From the NCBI GenBank assembly GCA_010093705.1, contig MU006097.1, positions 197,905 to 261,904 on the forward strand: a stretch of 64,000 bases of DNA, read 5' to 3'. How positions within the stretch are numbered: position 1 is the first letter of the stretch; the number at the start of each line of letters is the position of its first letter. Source of the DNA: Patellaria atrata CBS 101060. Lineage: Eukaryota. Of the stretch, positions 50,840 to 60,679 are shown one piece after another. Position numbers and translations under genes: made by a program. Under the pieces are notes generated by a model. It was not told where the DNA came from. It was given only the letters and a program-made list of their open reading frames with translations, and searched no databases.

Positions 50840-53800
50840 ATGGCCTGGGAGCATCTCTCCATCAACAAGCCACATCTGGTCTACATTATACTGGGTGGCT
50901 TCACTAGTTTGTTCATGCTTTGTTCCTCTATCATAAAGGAAAAGTTTTATATCGGTGAAGCTACGGTAGCAACGATATGTGGTATAATATTCGGACCCCA
51001 CGCGGCGAATCTAATTGACCCCTCCACTTGGGGTAATGTGGATCAAATTACCCTCGAATTCTCCCGCATTGTTCTGGTGGTCCAATGCTTCGCCGTCGGT
51101 GTGGAATTACCAAAAGCATATATGGAAAAGCATTGGCGATCGGTAACATTCTTGCTAATACCTGTTATGACATTCGGTTGGCTCATGACCAGCTTGTTCA
51201 TATGGTGGATTTTACGTTCACATCTTGACTGGCTCGATAGCCTTTGCATCGCTGCCTGCGTCACTGCGACCGATCCTGTCTTGGCCTCTTCCGTCGTAGG
51301 AAAAGGCAAGTTCGCAAAACGTGTACCAAAGCATCTTCGCGATCTTCTTTCCGCAGAATCTGGTTGTAACGATGGCATGGCTTTTCCATTCATATATCTT
51401 GCGGTATATTTGATCCGCTACAGGCCTGACGCGAGCGAAGTTGCATTTCATTGGATTTGCTACACTGTCTTGTACGAGTGTATCTTTGGCGCCATATATG
51501 GTGTTATAATAGGCTACCTCGCGCGACGTGCTATTCGATATGCTCATGAACACGATCTCATAGACAGGGAGAGTTTCCTTGTCTTTTATTTTGTCCTTGC
51601 TCTGTTTTGTGCTGGATCAGGCAGTCTTCTAGGCATGGATGACCTTTTAGTCGGCTTTGCATGCGGTGTCGGTTTCAGTAACGATGGATGGTTTTTGGAA
51701 AAGACCGAAGAATCACACGTTTCCAACGTCATCGATCTTCTAATCAATCTGGCTTTCTTCGTCTACTTCGGCACTATCATTCCCTGGGCATCCTTCAACT
51801 CGGAGATCTTAGGACTAAGCCCTTGGAGACTCGTCGTTATTGGCATTCTCGTTCTTTTCTTTAGACGTATCCCTATCATGTTAGCCCTCAAACCAGTAAT
51901 ACCCGATCTTAAAACATGGCGTGAAGCTATGTTTGCTGGTCATTTCGGCCCCATCGGAGTGGGTGCTCTCTTTGTGGCTATCTTGGCGCGAGCAGAGTTA
52001 GAGACTGAAGAGACGACCCCTTTAGCAGTAATTCCGGAACCGGGATTTCCACATCTAAATATCATCGAGATAATCTGGCCGGTAACGACATTCCTCGTCG
52101 TAGTTTCGATTGTTGTTCATGGATCATCCATCGCTGTGTTTACATTGGGTAAACACATCAACACTCTAACCATCACTCTCTCGTATACCCAAGCCAATGA
52201 AGATGGTCCTAAATGGATGGAGCGACTTCCACGCATCCAATCGCGCTCAAAGAGTTCAATGTCATTGGGTCGAGCGGACGATTCTTCAATGGATGAAAAG
52301 ATGGATTATCCTCCAGGATCACTTCCACCGGTTGGCGTTGCTGGCCAATTTCTACGCAGACAGAAAGAAGAGGATCCGTCTCAAAGCAGGTCATCGAGCT
52401 TGAAGCCCTCGCGGCGAAAGAAATGGGACGCCGGCCTTGGCCCTGGCGGGCCAATCAGTCAATCCGCCATTCATCCTCAAAGACTACATCGTGACCAATC
52501 AGACGTAGGAACGGCTGGTCAAAGCGGATCAGACACTATCGCCATAAATAGTGATGAGTCTCCCGACGGAAGTGGGCAGAGAGGAGAAGACGTAGAGGAA
52601 CCGGAAGGTGAAGTTTTCGAGGAGGGTGACAAGACTGTGTACGAAGATGAAGAGGGAAATGTATTAGGCGTGGAAGACCACGCAGGTGAGAGCGAGGAGA
52701 CCAGGAAACGGGAGCAGAAGAAAGAAGGAGCAGAATTGCTGCGGGAAAAAGACGTGCAGCACGGCGTTGCTCAGACCGAGGAAATAGAGCCGGTCGAGGA
52801 GACCAAGAAACTAGGAAAGGACTTCAAGGAAGGTTTGGCGCATCCTCAAAACCGATGGCGGAATAGAGTGAACAGGGTCCAGTCTTACAGCGGCGGGTTG
52901 ATGGCTAGGAAGGGTGATGGGGCTGACGCTTCAAAGAAACCAGAAGTGGTCCCTAAGCGTGGCCCAGCCCGAGCATATCAATTCGGAAACACCGTCATTG
53001 TCGAGGACGAGGATGGCGAGGTCATCAAAACTTACACTATGCCTGCCCATGAGGGAGCCGATCGGAAGAAGAACCAGGGCGATCCCGCAAGCACGCGACA
53101 GAGACTAAACCGCGTGGTCTCATACTTCGGTCCAGGAAGGGATGAACCTGAGTCGTCTAAGAGTGCCGCGGATGGCAAGAAGAAGAAGGTTGCTCAAGAT
53201 GATGAAGACGACGACAAAATACGCTTCACAGTAGAAGCAGGTGGTCGCCGTATGAGCAAATTGGAATTTATCAAGCAGATCCGACAAATGGATCCCAAGG
53301 CGCGAGCCCAACTTGTTGAAGAAGCCGATGCTCCTGAGTCGGTTATACACGAATCAAGAATGGCTACTGGGCGTCGACAAACGGATCCTCGAGCTGACGC
53401 AGACGTTTCCATCGAACACGTTGCTTCTCACGAGGAACGTCCTGCTGGTCCAGGCGGTTTAACGCTTGTCGATTCACGGAATGAAGATATCCCTTTCCAT
53501 TCTGTGCATGATGATCTAGCACGATATTCCATGGGTGGCCAACAAGAGACAGCTGCACAACGCCGTCGTCGTCTTGCGTCGCCAAGTGGCGATACTACAT
53601 CCGGGTCTGAAGACGAGGGACCTCGAGCACGGCAAAAGGAACGCGCAGGCGATGCTGGCAAAGGAAAAATCATCAATCCCGCCCACATAGATGAGGGTGA
53701 AACGGCTGCGGAGAAGAAGCGTCGAGAGGAAGCTTTAGGTCTCACGAAGGACGAGGACACTGATGATGATGAAGAGTCGAGAGCAACTCCGGGCTTAAGA

Positions 53801-53980
53801 CAACCTCCGGCACAAAAGGCGCCTGGCATCAGGTTCGCAGAGCAAATTACCCCCCAACAGCAAACTAAAGAAAGGGGTGAAGAGGATCCCCTCGCAGAGA
53901 AGAGTGCACCAGGACCGAGTTCACCTTCGGGATCAAAATTAAAGTGGGCAAATCATCTGGGATGGAAAGGGAAGAAATGA
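50840..53980 (+). CDS. NHA1: Plasma membrane Na+(K+)/H+ antiporter with long acidic C-terminal tail
   Basis: 1046-aa ORF; ATDPVLA, LLSAESGCNDG, MDDLL, GHFGPIGVGA, VHGSS motifs. Confidence 0.95.
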   Translation: MAWEHLSINKPHLVYIILGGFTSLFMLCSSIIKEKFYIGEATVATICGIIFGPHAANLIDPSTWGNVDQITLEFSRIVLVVQCFAVGVELPKAYMEKHWRSVTFLLIPVMTFGWLMTSLFIWWILRSHLDWLDSLCIAACVTATDPVLASSVVGKGKFAKRVPKHLRDLLSAESGCNDGMAFPFIYLAVYLIRYRPDASEVAFHWICYTVLYECIFGAIYGVIIGYLARRAIRYAHEHDLIDRESFLVFYFVLALFCAGSGSLLGMDDLLVGFACGVGFSNDGWFLEKTEESHVSNVIDLLINLAFFVYFGTIIPWASFNSEILGLSPWRLVVIGILVLFFRRIPIMLALKPVIPDLKTWREAMFAGHFGPIGVGALFVAILARAELETEETTPLAVIPEPGFPHLNIIEIIWPVTTFLVVVSIVVHGSSIAVFTLGKHINTLTITLSYTQANEDGPKWMERLPRIQSRSKSSMSLGRADDSSMDEKMDYPPGSLPPVGVAGQFLRRQKEEDPSQSRSSSLKPSRRKKWDAGLGPGGPISQSAIHPQRLHRDQSDVGTAGQSGSDTIAINSDESPDGSGQRGEDVEEPEGEVFEEGDKTVYEDEEGNVLGVEDHAGESEETRKREQKKEGAELLREKDVQHGVAQTEEIEPVEETKKLGKDFKEGLAHPQNRWRNRVNRVQSYSGGLMARKGDGADASKKPEVVPKRGPARAYQFGNTVIVEDEDGEVIKTYTMPAHEGADRKKNQGDPASTRQRLNRVVSYFGPGRDEPESSKSAADGKKKKVAQDDEDDDKIRFTVEAGGRRMSKLEFIKQIRQMDPKARAQLVEEADAPESVIHESRMATGRRQTDPRADADVSIEHVASHEERPAGPGGLTLVDSRNEDIPFHSVHDDLARYSMGGQQETAAQRRRRLASPSGDTTSGSEDEGPRARQKERAGDAGKGKIINPAHIDEGETAAEKKRREEALGLTKDEDTDDDEESRATPGLRQPPAQKAPGIRFAEQITPQQQTKERGEEDPLAEKSAPGPSSPSGSKLKWANHLGWKGKK

Positions 53981-54287
53981 TTCTTCATTCCCCACATACC
54001 GTACCTTCCCTTTGCGTTTTACCTCATGTTGCATTTGTAGCTGAGTCTGGTGTGTTTATCTTGCTTTGTATCCAGTTTAGCGATGTTTGTATATATAGAA
54101 CTAACAATTCGTTAGTGCAGTACAAGTAGATACTATACGATTAATTGCTTCAGCCACTGTCAGAGCAAATGTAATTTATCCAAACTCGACTCAAAAACCC
54201 CAACTCGTAAAACACAGGGCTGTTGACGGGATATTCATATCTGAGGTGAGCCGTTCAAGGGAAGAAAAAATATACACAGAATTATTT

Positions 54288-56618
54288 CTAGTGTATTGCG
54301 AAGTCTTCTTCAACCACATCTTTCATCTTCATCGCCTCACCATACATCAGTCCATGGACGTACGCCGGGCCAATCAACTTATAACGCCCATTGACAGATG
54401 GCCGTAAAACGTAGGGAGTCCTCCCTCCGTACAAGATGCAGATCAAGTCTCCTGGTTTGGCTGGATCGGGAACCCATCCCAATCTATGTTCGACCGTACA
54501 GCAGAACCTTTTTCGTCGACTTTCTGCCCAATAAGTTACCATGATTCGCCATCTGTGCTCCTCCTTCTCCGATAATTGTTGTGGGAGAGGACCTGCGTGA
54601 GGAACATTGGTACCCCAGCGCATAATCAGCGATACCTGTTGACCCGGATTGTCATCCTCAGATACAATCCTCTTACCATTGCGCAGGCTATCAACAAAGT
54701 GGAGATGTTCGTCAACCATCCATTTTGCCCATCGTGGAGCAGGCTCACCCTCCACTAACTTATTGCATAGCAATGTCCGCCAAAACTCTTCGTGACGTTC
54801 TCGAGACATGATGCCTGTGCCCCTCGCAGCAACCTCCTTGCAACTTTCAATGAACGTTACTTCTTTCATCATGTGGAATGGAGTTGTGGGTTTTATATGT
54901 CTTCGAGCAAGTTGCAGGGCCGGTACGAGCCCATCCAGATACTGAGGTGCTATTTTCTCGCTGTACTTCCAAAACTCAAGCATTTTTTCTTTTTCCTTTT
55001 GAGTGACACCAGCTTCTAGACTTCTAGCGTAGTTCATGAAGCATTCCAGAAGGGTCAATTGATAATATGATACAGCGAGAAGATCCACTTTGTCAATCAC
55101 AAACCCCTTTACGGAAATAGTATTCTCATCTGTTTCGGAGATAGTATATTGGGGCCTTGCACCGCCGGATGCTCGATGATTGGGGTTAGGGGGGGTGATG
55201 TCTCTTTTCCCCCCCACATCTGTCCAATCTGGTATCCAAGAGGGAAGTGAGAGCGTCGAAAACACTTTATAATCCCTTACACTAGAGAAGATGTCCAAAC
55301 TATTGGTTTGCTTGATACACCAAAGTGCGAAACGCCTAAAGACTTGCTCGACAGACTCATCATACCTCGGGCTAACATCTCGGTCATCTGCCGACACATC
55401 ACTTGCCAGTCCCAACAACCCGTAAATCTTATCCCTTGGATTTGTGCAGTTTCTAATGTTATTAACCCTTACTAGGTTAAAAAGGCTTGCGTGAGAGGGA
55501 ATTGGGGAGAAACGCCGCATACCCAGTTCTTTAATCGCCCAGACCTCGTCCAAGGGAAATCTGCTCGATAGATTGATCATTTTCCCTATTGGACTTGCTA
55601 TAACCTGGGTGTAGAATTCCGAAACCGGCACTAATATCTTGTTGAAGGGTATGACGATATCGCCGCATACAAAATCAGCATTTTGTGCTCGAATATACTC
55701 CTGTGTCGTCCAGATCCTGGAGAACCACGGGAGATTCAATAACCATGCCAACTTATCGCAGTCCAGTTCTTCCAGTTCCTTCATATACTTTCTAGGAATC
55801 GGTGGCAGAGAATTCAGCCTCGCCCGTCGTTTGAAGTACGTTGACGGATCACTCGAGTAGTCTCTAATGTTCCTTTTAAAGAAGCTATCCAGCTTTCGCA
55901 GCACTTTGAGGGCCTCCTCGAGTTTCGGATGCCTTGGCCCCAACCAAATGAGCACCTTGTCTGCCTGAGAATAAATTGCACCCATGAGAGGCACCTGTAC
56001 GTTCTTCTCTTGGAGATCGGCCTGGTTTATGCAGACAGCATCTGCCCACAGTACACGCTCAGATTTCTCATCTCGAAGCTGCTGTAAAGCCTTATGTAGG
56101 TTGGGAGTAATGGAAATAGTTCCTCCCGAGCAAAAGATTTTCTCAGTGACGTTGGGATCTCCCCAGACGTAGGAAATAGCTTCATAATGGGGCTTGGAGC
56201 TCAGCGTTACATGTTTGAGATAGCAGCGAACAGATTCATCCTCGCGGCCGGGCTCTAAGACAAGGACTCTGATCTCATTAGGATTTTCCAATGGTCGATA
56301 TTCATACTGTGGGTCGTCCTGATCTGCGAATCTCAGATATGCAAAAACTGACGTCCCAATAACAGCGATGAGGGCGACGGGAAGGCGCCATCTATTGTGT
56401 TGTTTTGGAGTTGGATCTTCATGATCAGCTCCCTCTGAAGTTACTTTTGTGCGAATGCTCTGTAGCTGAGGCCGATCGACTCTCGCTGGTCTTCTACGGA
56501 GACCGCGAGTTAACCGGATCCTGTCGGATCGAGCAACGACAAAAGGTTGACATCGATATAATCTTGCTTCACGCAGAATACCATTGGAAGTGGACCGTAC
56601 AGTAAGGAGCGAAGACAT
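54288..56618 (-). CDS. HET-domain (HET-6-like) protein with N-terminal presequence and transmembrane segment
   Basis: YRPL..EIRVLVLEPG, YEAISYVWG, LWADAVCINQ..EKNVQVPLMGAIYSQADKVLIWLG, PWFSRIWTTQE, CTNPRDKIYGLLGL, LPSWIPDW, GDLICILYGGRTPYVLR, LIGPAYVHGLMYGE. Confidence 0.93.
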   Translation of the reverse strand: MSSLLTVRSTSNGILREARLYRCQPFVVARSDRIRLTRGLRRRPARVDRPQLQSIRTKVTSEGADHEDPTPKQHNRWRLPVALIAVIGTSVFAYLRFADQDDPQYEYRPLENPNEIRVLVLEPGREDESVRCYLKHVTLSSKPHYEAISYVWGDPNVTEKIFCSGGTISITPNLHKALQQLRDEKSERVLWADAVCINQADLQEKNVQVPLMGAIYSQADKVLIWLGPRHPKLEEALKVLRKLDSFFKRNIRDYSSDPSTYFKRRARLNSLPPIPRKYMKELEELDCDKLAWLLNLPWFSRIWTTQEYIRAQNADFVCGDIVIPFNKILVPVSEFYTQVIASPIGKMINLSSRFPLDEVWAIKELGMRRFSPIPSHASLFNLVRVNNIRNCTNPRDKIYGLLGLASDVSADDRDVSPRYDESVEQVFRRFALWCIKQTNSLDIFSSVRDYKVFSTLSLPSWIPDWTDVGGKRDITPPNPNHRASGGARPQYTISETDENTISVKGFVIDKVDLLAVSYYQLTLLECFMNYARSLEAGVTQKEKEKMLEFWKYSEKIAPQYLDGLVPALQLARRHIKPTTPFHMMKEVTFIESCKEVAARGTGIMSRERHEEFWRTLLCNKLVEGEPAPRWAKWMVDEHLHFVDSLRNGKRIVSEDDNPGQQVSLIMRWGTNVPHAGPLPQQLSEKEEHRWRIMVTYWAESRRKRFCCTVEHRLGWVPDPAKPGDLICILYGGRTPYVLRPSVNGRYKLIGPAYVHGLMYGEAMKMKDVVEEDFAIH

Positions 56619-57185
56619 CTCTCATATCAGGGCTCAAGAATGACAGAATGGCATTTACATGTTACAATAGCGCCATTCAACATACTTTCCCACATGAATC
56701 TCCAGCTATAGTGGAGTAGCTGAAGGTGGGGTACTTGCATGGCATACTCAGAGTCATCTAGACTTTGCAGTGCTGGTGAGTGGCTAGCTGAGTAGCTGAT
56801 AACTGCACGAGCTGCTGTCGATGCAGTTTCGATGGTTTTAAATATTGCTATTCGCTACTATTTCTAGCCTATGGTGGCTTGCATACAGGCGAGAATAACC
56901 ATCCATTCTCGGACTGCTACTTTCGCTTTCAGCCAGCCTTCCCTACTCTAACCGTCATAGTGAGCGGCCCGCAGCCGTAGATCTCCACATGGGGAGCCTC
57001 GAACTTTTCCAGTAGCATAGGCGATGCCGAAGATACGTGCTCGAAGTGGGTTGAGGTACTGTATATATTTCAATCATGTCTCTCGGAATGCGTGGAATGT
57101 ATTTCCATTCTATCCTCAATTCTTTCTCTGTATTTCTTAAATTCAGTATTTTTAATCTCAGTATACTTAGTCCTTGATATCAAAT

Positions 57186-58973
57186 ATGGCATCCGCTTTC
57201 TACGACAAAGTGGCTATCTCGTCAGAGGTCAAGCCACAGCCAAAGAGAATCATCATATGCTGCGACGGGACATGGCAGAGCGCAGTCTCTCTCGATCCCA
57301 GCCAAGGTTGTCCTTCCAATGTAGCCAGAATAAGCCGAATTATTGCAAAAGCAGGTGTTGATCAATCAGGGAAGGAGTGGCAGCAAGTCGTCTACTACGA
57401 TGCTGGTGTTGGATCTGGTGCTATCACAGAGTATGAGAAGAAGAGACAAGGTGCGTGTATACACTGGTTCATGACCGAGAGCCTCAAAGCAAACCTTTGT
57501 ATTATCCGTTACACCACTGACCTTTTCCAGGTGGTCTCGGTATCGGTCTGCTAGAAAACGTAATTGAAGCGTACAACTTCATCGTCAACAATTACAGTCC
57601 CGGAGACCAGCTGTTCTTCTTCGGTTTCTCTCGTGGAGCATATACCGTTCGTGCTGCCGCTGGCCTCGTTATCGAGCTTGGAGTAATCAAGCCATCATGT
57701 ATGCGCCGATTCCTCGAGATGTACAGCCACTACATCAAGGCCGAGAAGTTCGAAGAGGGTTTCAGCAAATATTCCGAATGGCAGACGTTCACAAGCAAAT
57801 ATCCCGTTTATATCGAACGGGCCGAAGCGGTCACCATCCAAGCTATCGGCGTTTTCGATACGGTGGGCGCTCTAGGTGTACCAGACGTGGGACATATATT
57901 TAGGAAAGACAATTCCCGGCTGAGGAAAGCGTACCAGTTTCACAACACGAACCTATCGGACAGTTAGTACTCCTCTTTATCCGTGTCAACGTTCGAAACG
58001 CTAAAATACAATAGATATCCTCCACGCCTATCAAGCCCTGGCTCTTGATGAACGCCGCGAGCCCTTCGAGCCTTCGATCTGGAAACTGAAGTCCGGAGCC
58101 AAGACCAAGCTCTGCCAGTGCTGGTTCCCCGGTGCACACGTTAACGTCGGCGGCGGTAGCTCCGACAACGCGGATGAGGCGAATCCAAAGGGCGACCGAG
58201 AACAACTCGCCTCGATCAGTTACGCATGGATGCTCGACCGAGTACGCCCTCACTTAGCCTTTGACGAAGCCGCTCTCGAAATCCAGAAAGTGGAGATCAG
58301 GGCGAATGCACAGCCGCCCCCGGTCAAGGTAGAAGAGAAAAAGAGCGAGGGCTGGTTCTGGGATAGCTATAACTACGTGAAGGATACTGTGGTTGGAGGG
58401 ACGAAGAAAGCGGCCGAATATATTCCATACGGTATGGGGCAGATCGACGACAGCCATACCTTTTTGTACGATGTCATGGGGAACCCGAAGGATAGAGATG
58501 CCAACGTTATCAACGCGAAACAGATCAAGAAGAGAATGGCTATTGAAGAAGGCAAGTTGGATAGTAATACGAAGGACGACTTCGACGGCGAGTACACCGT
58601 CGAGCGCGTCCATCCGAGTGTGTTCTTCAGACAAGTGTATGAGAGGGAGCAAGCGGAAAAGGCCGGGAAAAAGGGCAAGGATGTGAAGTACTATGAGCCT
58701 GCAGCCATGAGAGGATGGGAGAGGATCTATGTGAAGGGTGACTCTGGAAGAGACTTTAAGGCGCGGAATGGGTTCAAGTGGGTTAAGTATGAGAAGGATA
58801 AGAATGGGAAGATCGTGAAGGATAAGCAGGGGAAGGACAAGATCGTCAATTTCATGTGGGAGTTTGAGATTGGACATATGCCGGAAGCTAAGAGCGTGGA
58901 GAAGTTCTTGATCGATCAGAGTTGGACTGAGAGTGTACATAATGAGGTCCAGAAGGGGTGGAGAGATTCCTAA
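57186..58973 (+). CDS. DUF2235 / Tle1-like alpha/beta-hydrolase (putative phospholipase)
   Basis: KRIIICCDGTWQ, YYDAGVG, FFGFSRGAY (GxSxG), GVFDTVGALG, ALALDERR, WFPGAHVNVGGG; introns 57451-57530 and about 57963-58014. Confidence 0.9.
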
Positions 58974-59406
58974 GGGGGACTGTCGGGTTTTGATATTGGT
59001 GGAGTACAGTGGACTTGAAGGAGACTGACAAACCTCGCTGTCCCAGATTTAGGATGGAGTAACGGGTGTTGTTATATTTTTGGATAGAATAATTGAATGG
59101 ATTGTGGTGTTTCCCCATGCTCAAATTACTTGAAAATAACTGAACTGTGAGGTGCTGAAAAGCCATACGAGATGCCACACATAGCTTGAGAAAATGGATA
59201 AGTGAAACCACACCATACCCACAATTCTTCTTGTGGACAAAATATCGACTGTGATCCTGCTATCCTTTACGGTAGGACTTATGTAACTTTCCCCTATCTC
59301 GCTCCCCTGCCCTGCCCCACTTTGTATGCACGCTATACTTCAGTCCTTTCCCGGCACCGCTATTTGATAGTTATAAATTATTTTACACGTCGACAATTTT
59401 ATCGAA

Positions 59407-59492
59407 GCCCGCTTAGCTCAGTGGTAGATGCGCTCCACTAGTAATTCATTACTGTTATGGAGAGGTCACTGGTTCAACTCCAGTAGTGGGCA
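59407..59492 (+). tRNA. tRNA-Thr(AGT) with 13-nt intron
   Basis: Acceptor GCCCGCT/AGTGGGC, D arm GCTC-AGTGGTA-GA(T)GC, anticodon stem CTCCA/TGGAG with AGT at 59440-59442, intron 59444-59456, T arm ACTGG-TTCAACT-CCAGT; T-run at about 59528-59534. Confidence 0.93.
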
Positions 59493-60679
59493 AAAGGAAG
59501 TTAAATTTTGTTGTTCGAACCTCTGTCTTTTTTTGGTTTGTAGGCTCTAGAATTTTCTTTTTGTGAAACGAGAGTATGAAAAATTTGATCGGCCGGCTTG
59601 GCCTTTTAGGGATTAGATAAGTAAAGTTAGTGTTATACTTTATTTAGCTGCCTTCTTCTCAGCTCCTCAATTACTCTCCAAAAGATTGATTATTCCTGTT
59701 TTGAAAATGGCTGGTATATGTGAAGTGTTGATTTACGGACTTTACGATTAATAGTTCCTTCATTTGGGAGACATTGCTATGTGAGCAGATCGTGTAGTTT
59801 GCATTTCTAGCCTCAAGAAACTAACGATAATACTCCATACTGGTACACTGGTACAGCTGTTTTCCTGCGGGAACTAGAATCATCAAAAGACAATCCAAGA
59901 GAGCGATTTTGGACACCAAATCACGGTATGTATACCTTTTGCTACTCTCCAGCATCACTCGACTCCTTCGCAGGAAACCAGACCACAGCCGCTATTGATA
60001 TTCCGCTTTTCACTCGTCCGCAACGTATGCAACCGCGCTCGGGTTTCTACATCAAACATTATTTAGCTCTCAAACGATGGGAAGGGGCGGCTGAATTGGA
60101 TGAACGTCCTAGGTCAGATCGATAGTTTGATTGTAAGAGCTAGGGATATGGAGCGGTCCCGCGGATACATACTTACCCAAGGAAGACCGAAGATGAGCGA
60201 TTGGTATCCGGCTTTTGGTGGTATCGAGCAGTGCGCGTTCTTTCCCAGAGTGTTCGTAACTCTCTCTTTCGCTGAAGTCTGGCTATCTGCATACTGCCTG
60301 CTAGCCGATATTGCGAGAGTCTGGTTTTGGCATTGCAGTATAAGGGATATTCATAATCTTGGATGCTGCGCTTAATCGGTAAGGGCTAGATGGTTGACTT
60401 TCAGATATCCAGTGGGAACTATCTAGAGGTAAGATTGTGGGGAGAAAGTTCTCTTGTCAGAAGACAGAAAAGACAGTCTAGGCGAAAAGTGATGGTTCCT
60501 TTCTCTTCAATTCTCTGGAGACTCTTCAGTTGGCACAAGGGTAATATTTTGCGTTTTGACTCATTTTCCTAGACAGTCTCAAGAGGATCATTATGCAAAT
60601 GTATAATGAATGCTATTTCATAAGACATTGACCGTGATAAAAAGCGTAGCATTCACAACTCTTATTCTATACTATACCT

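Noticed and set aside
58254..58940. 228-aa minus-strand ORF and similar antisense ORFs over INO1, PHB1 and NHA1
   Set aside because: Shadow frames of strongly coding genes with no recognisable motifs.
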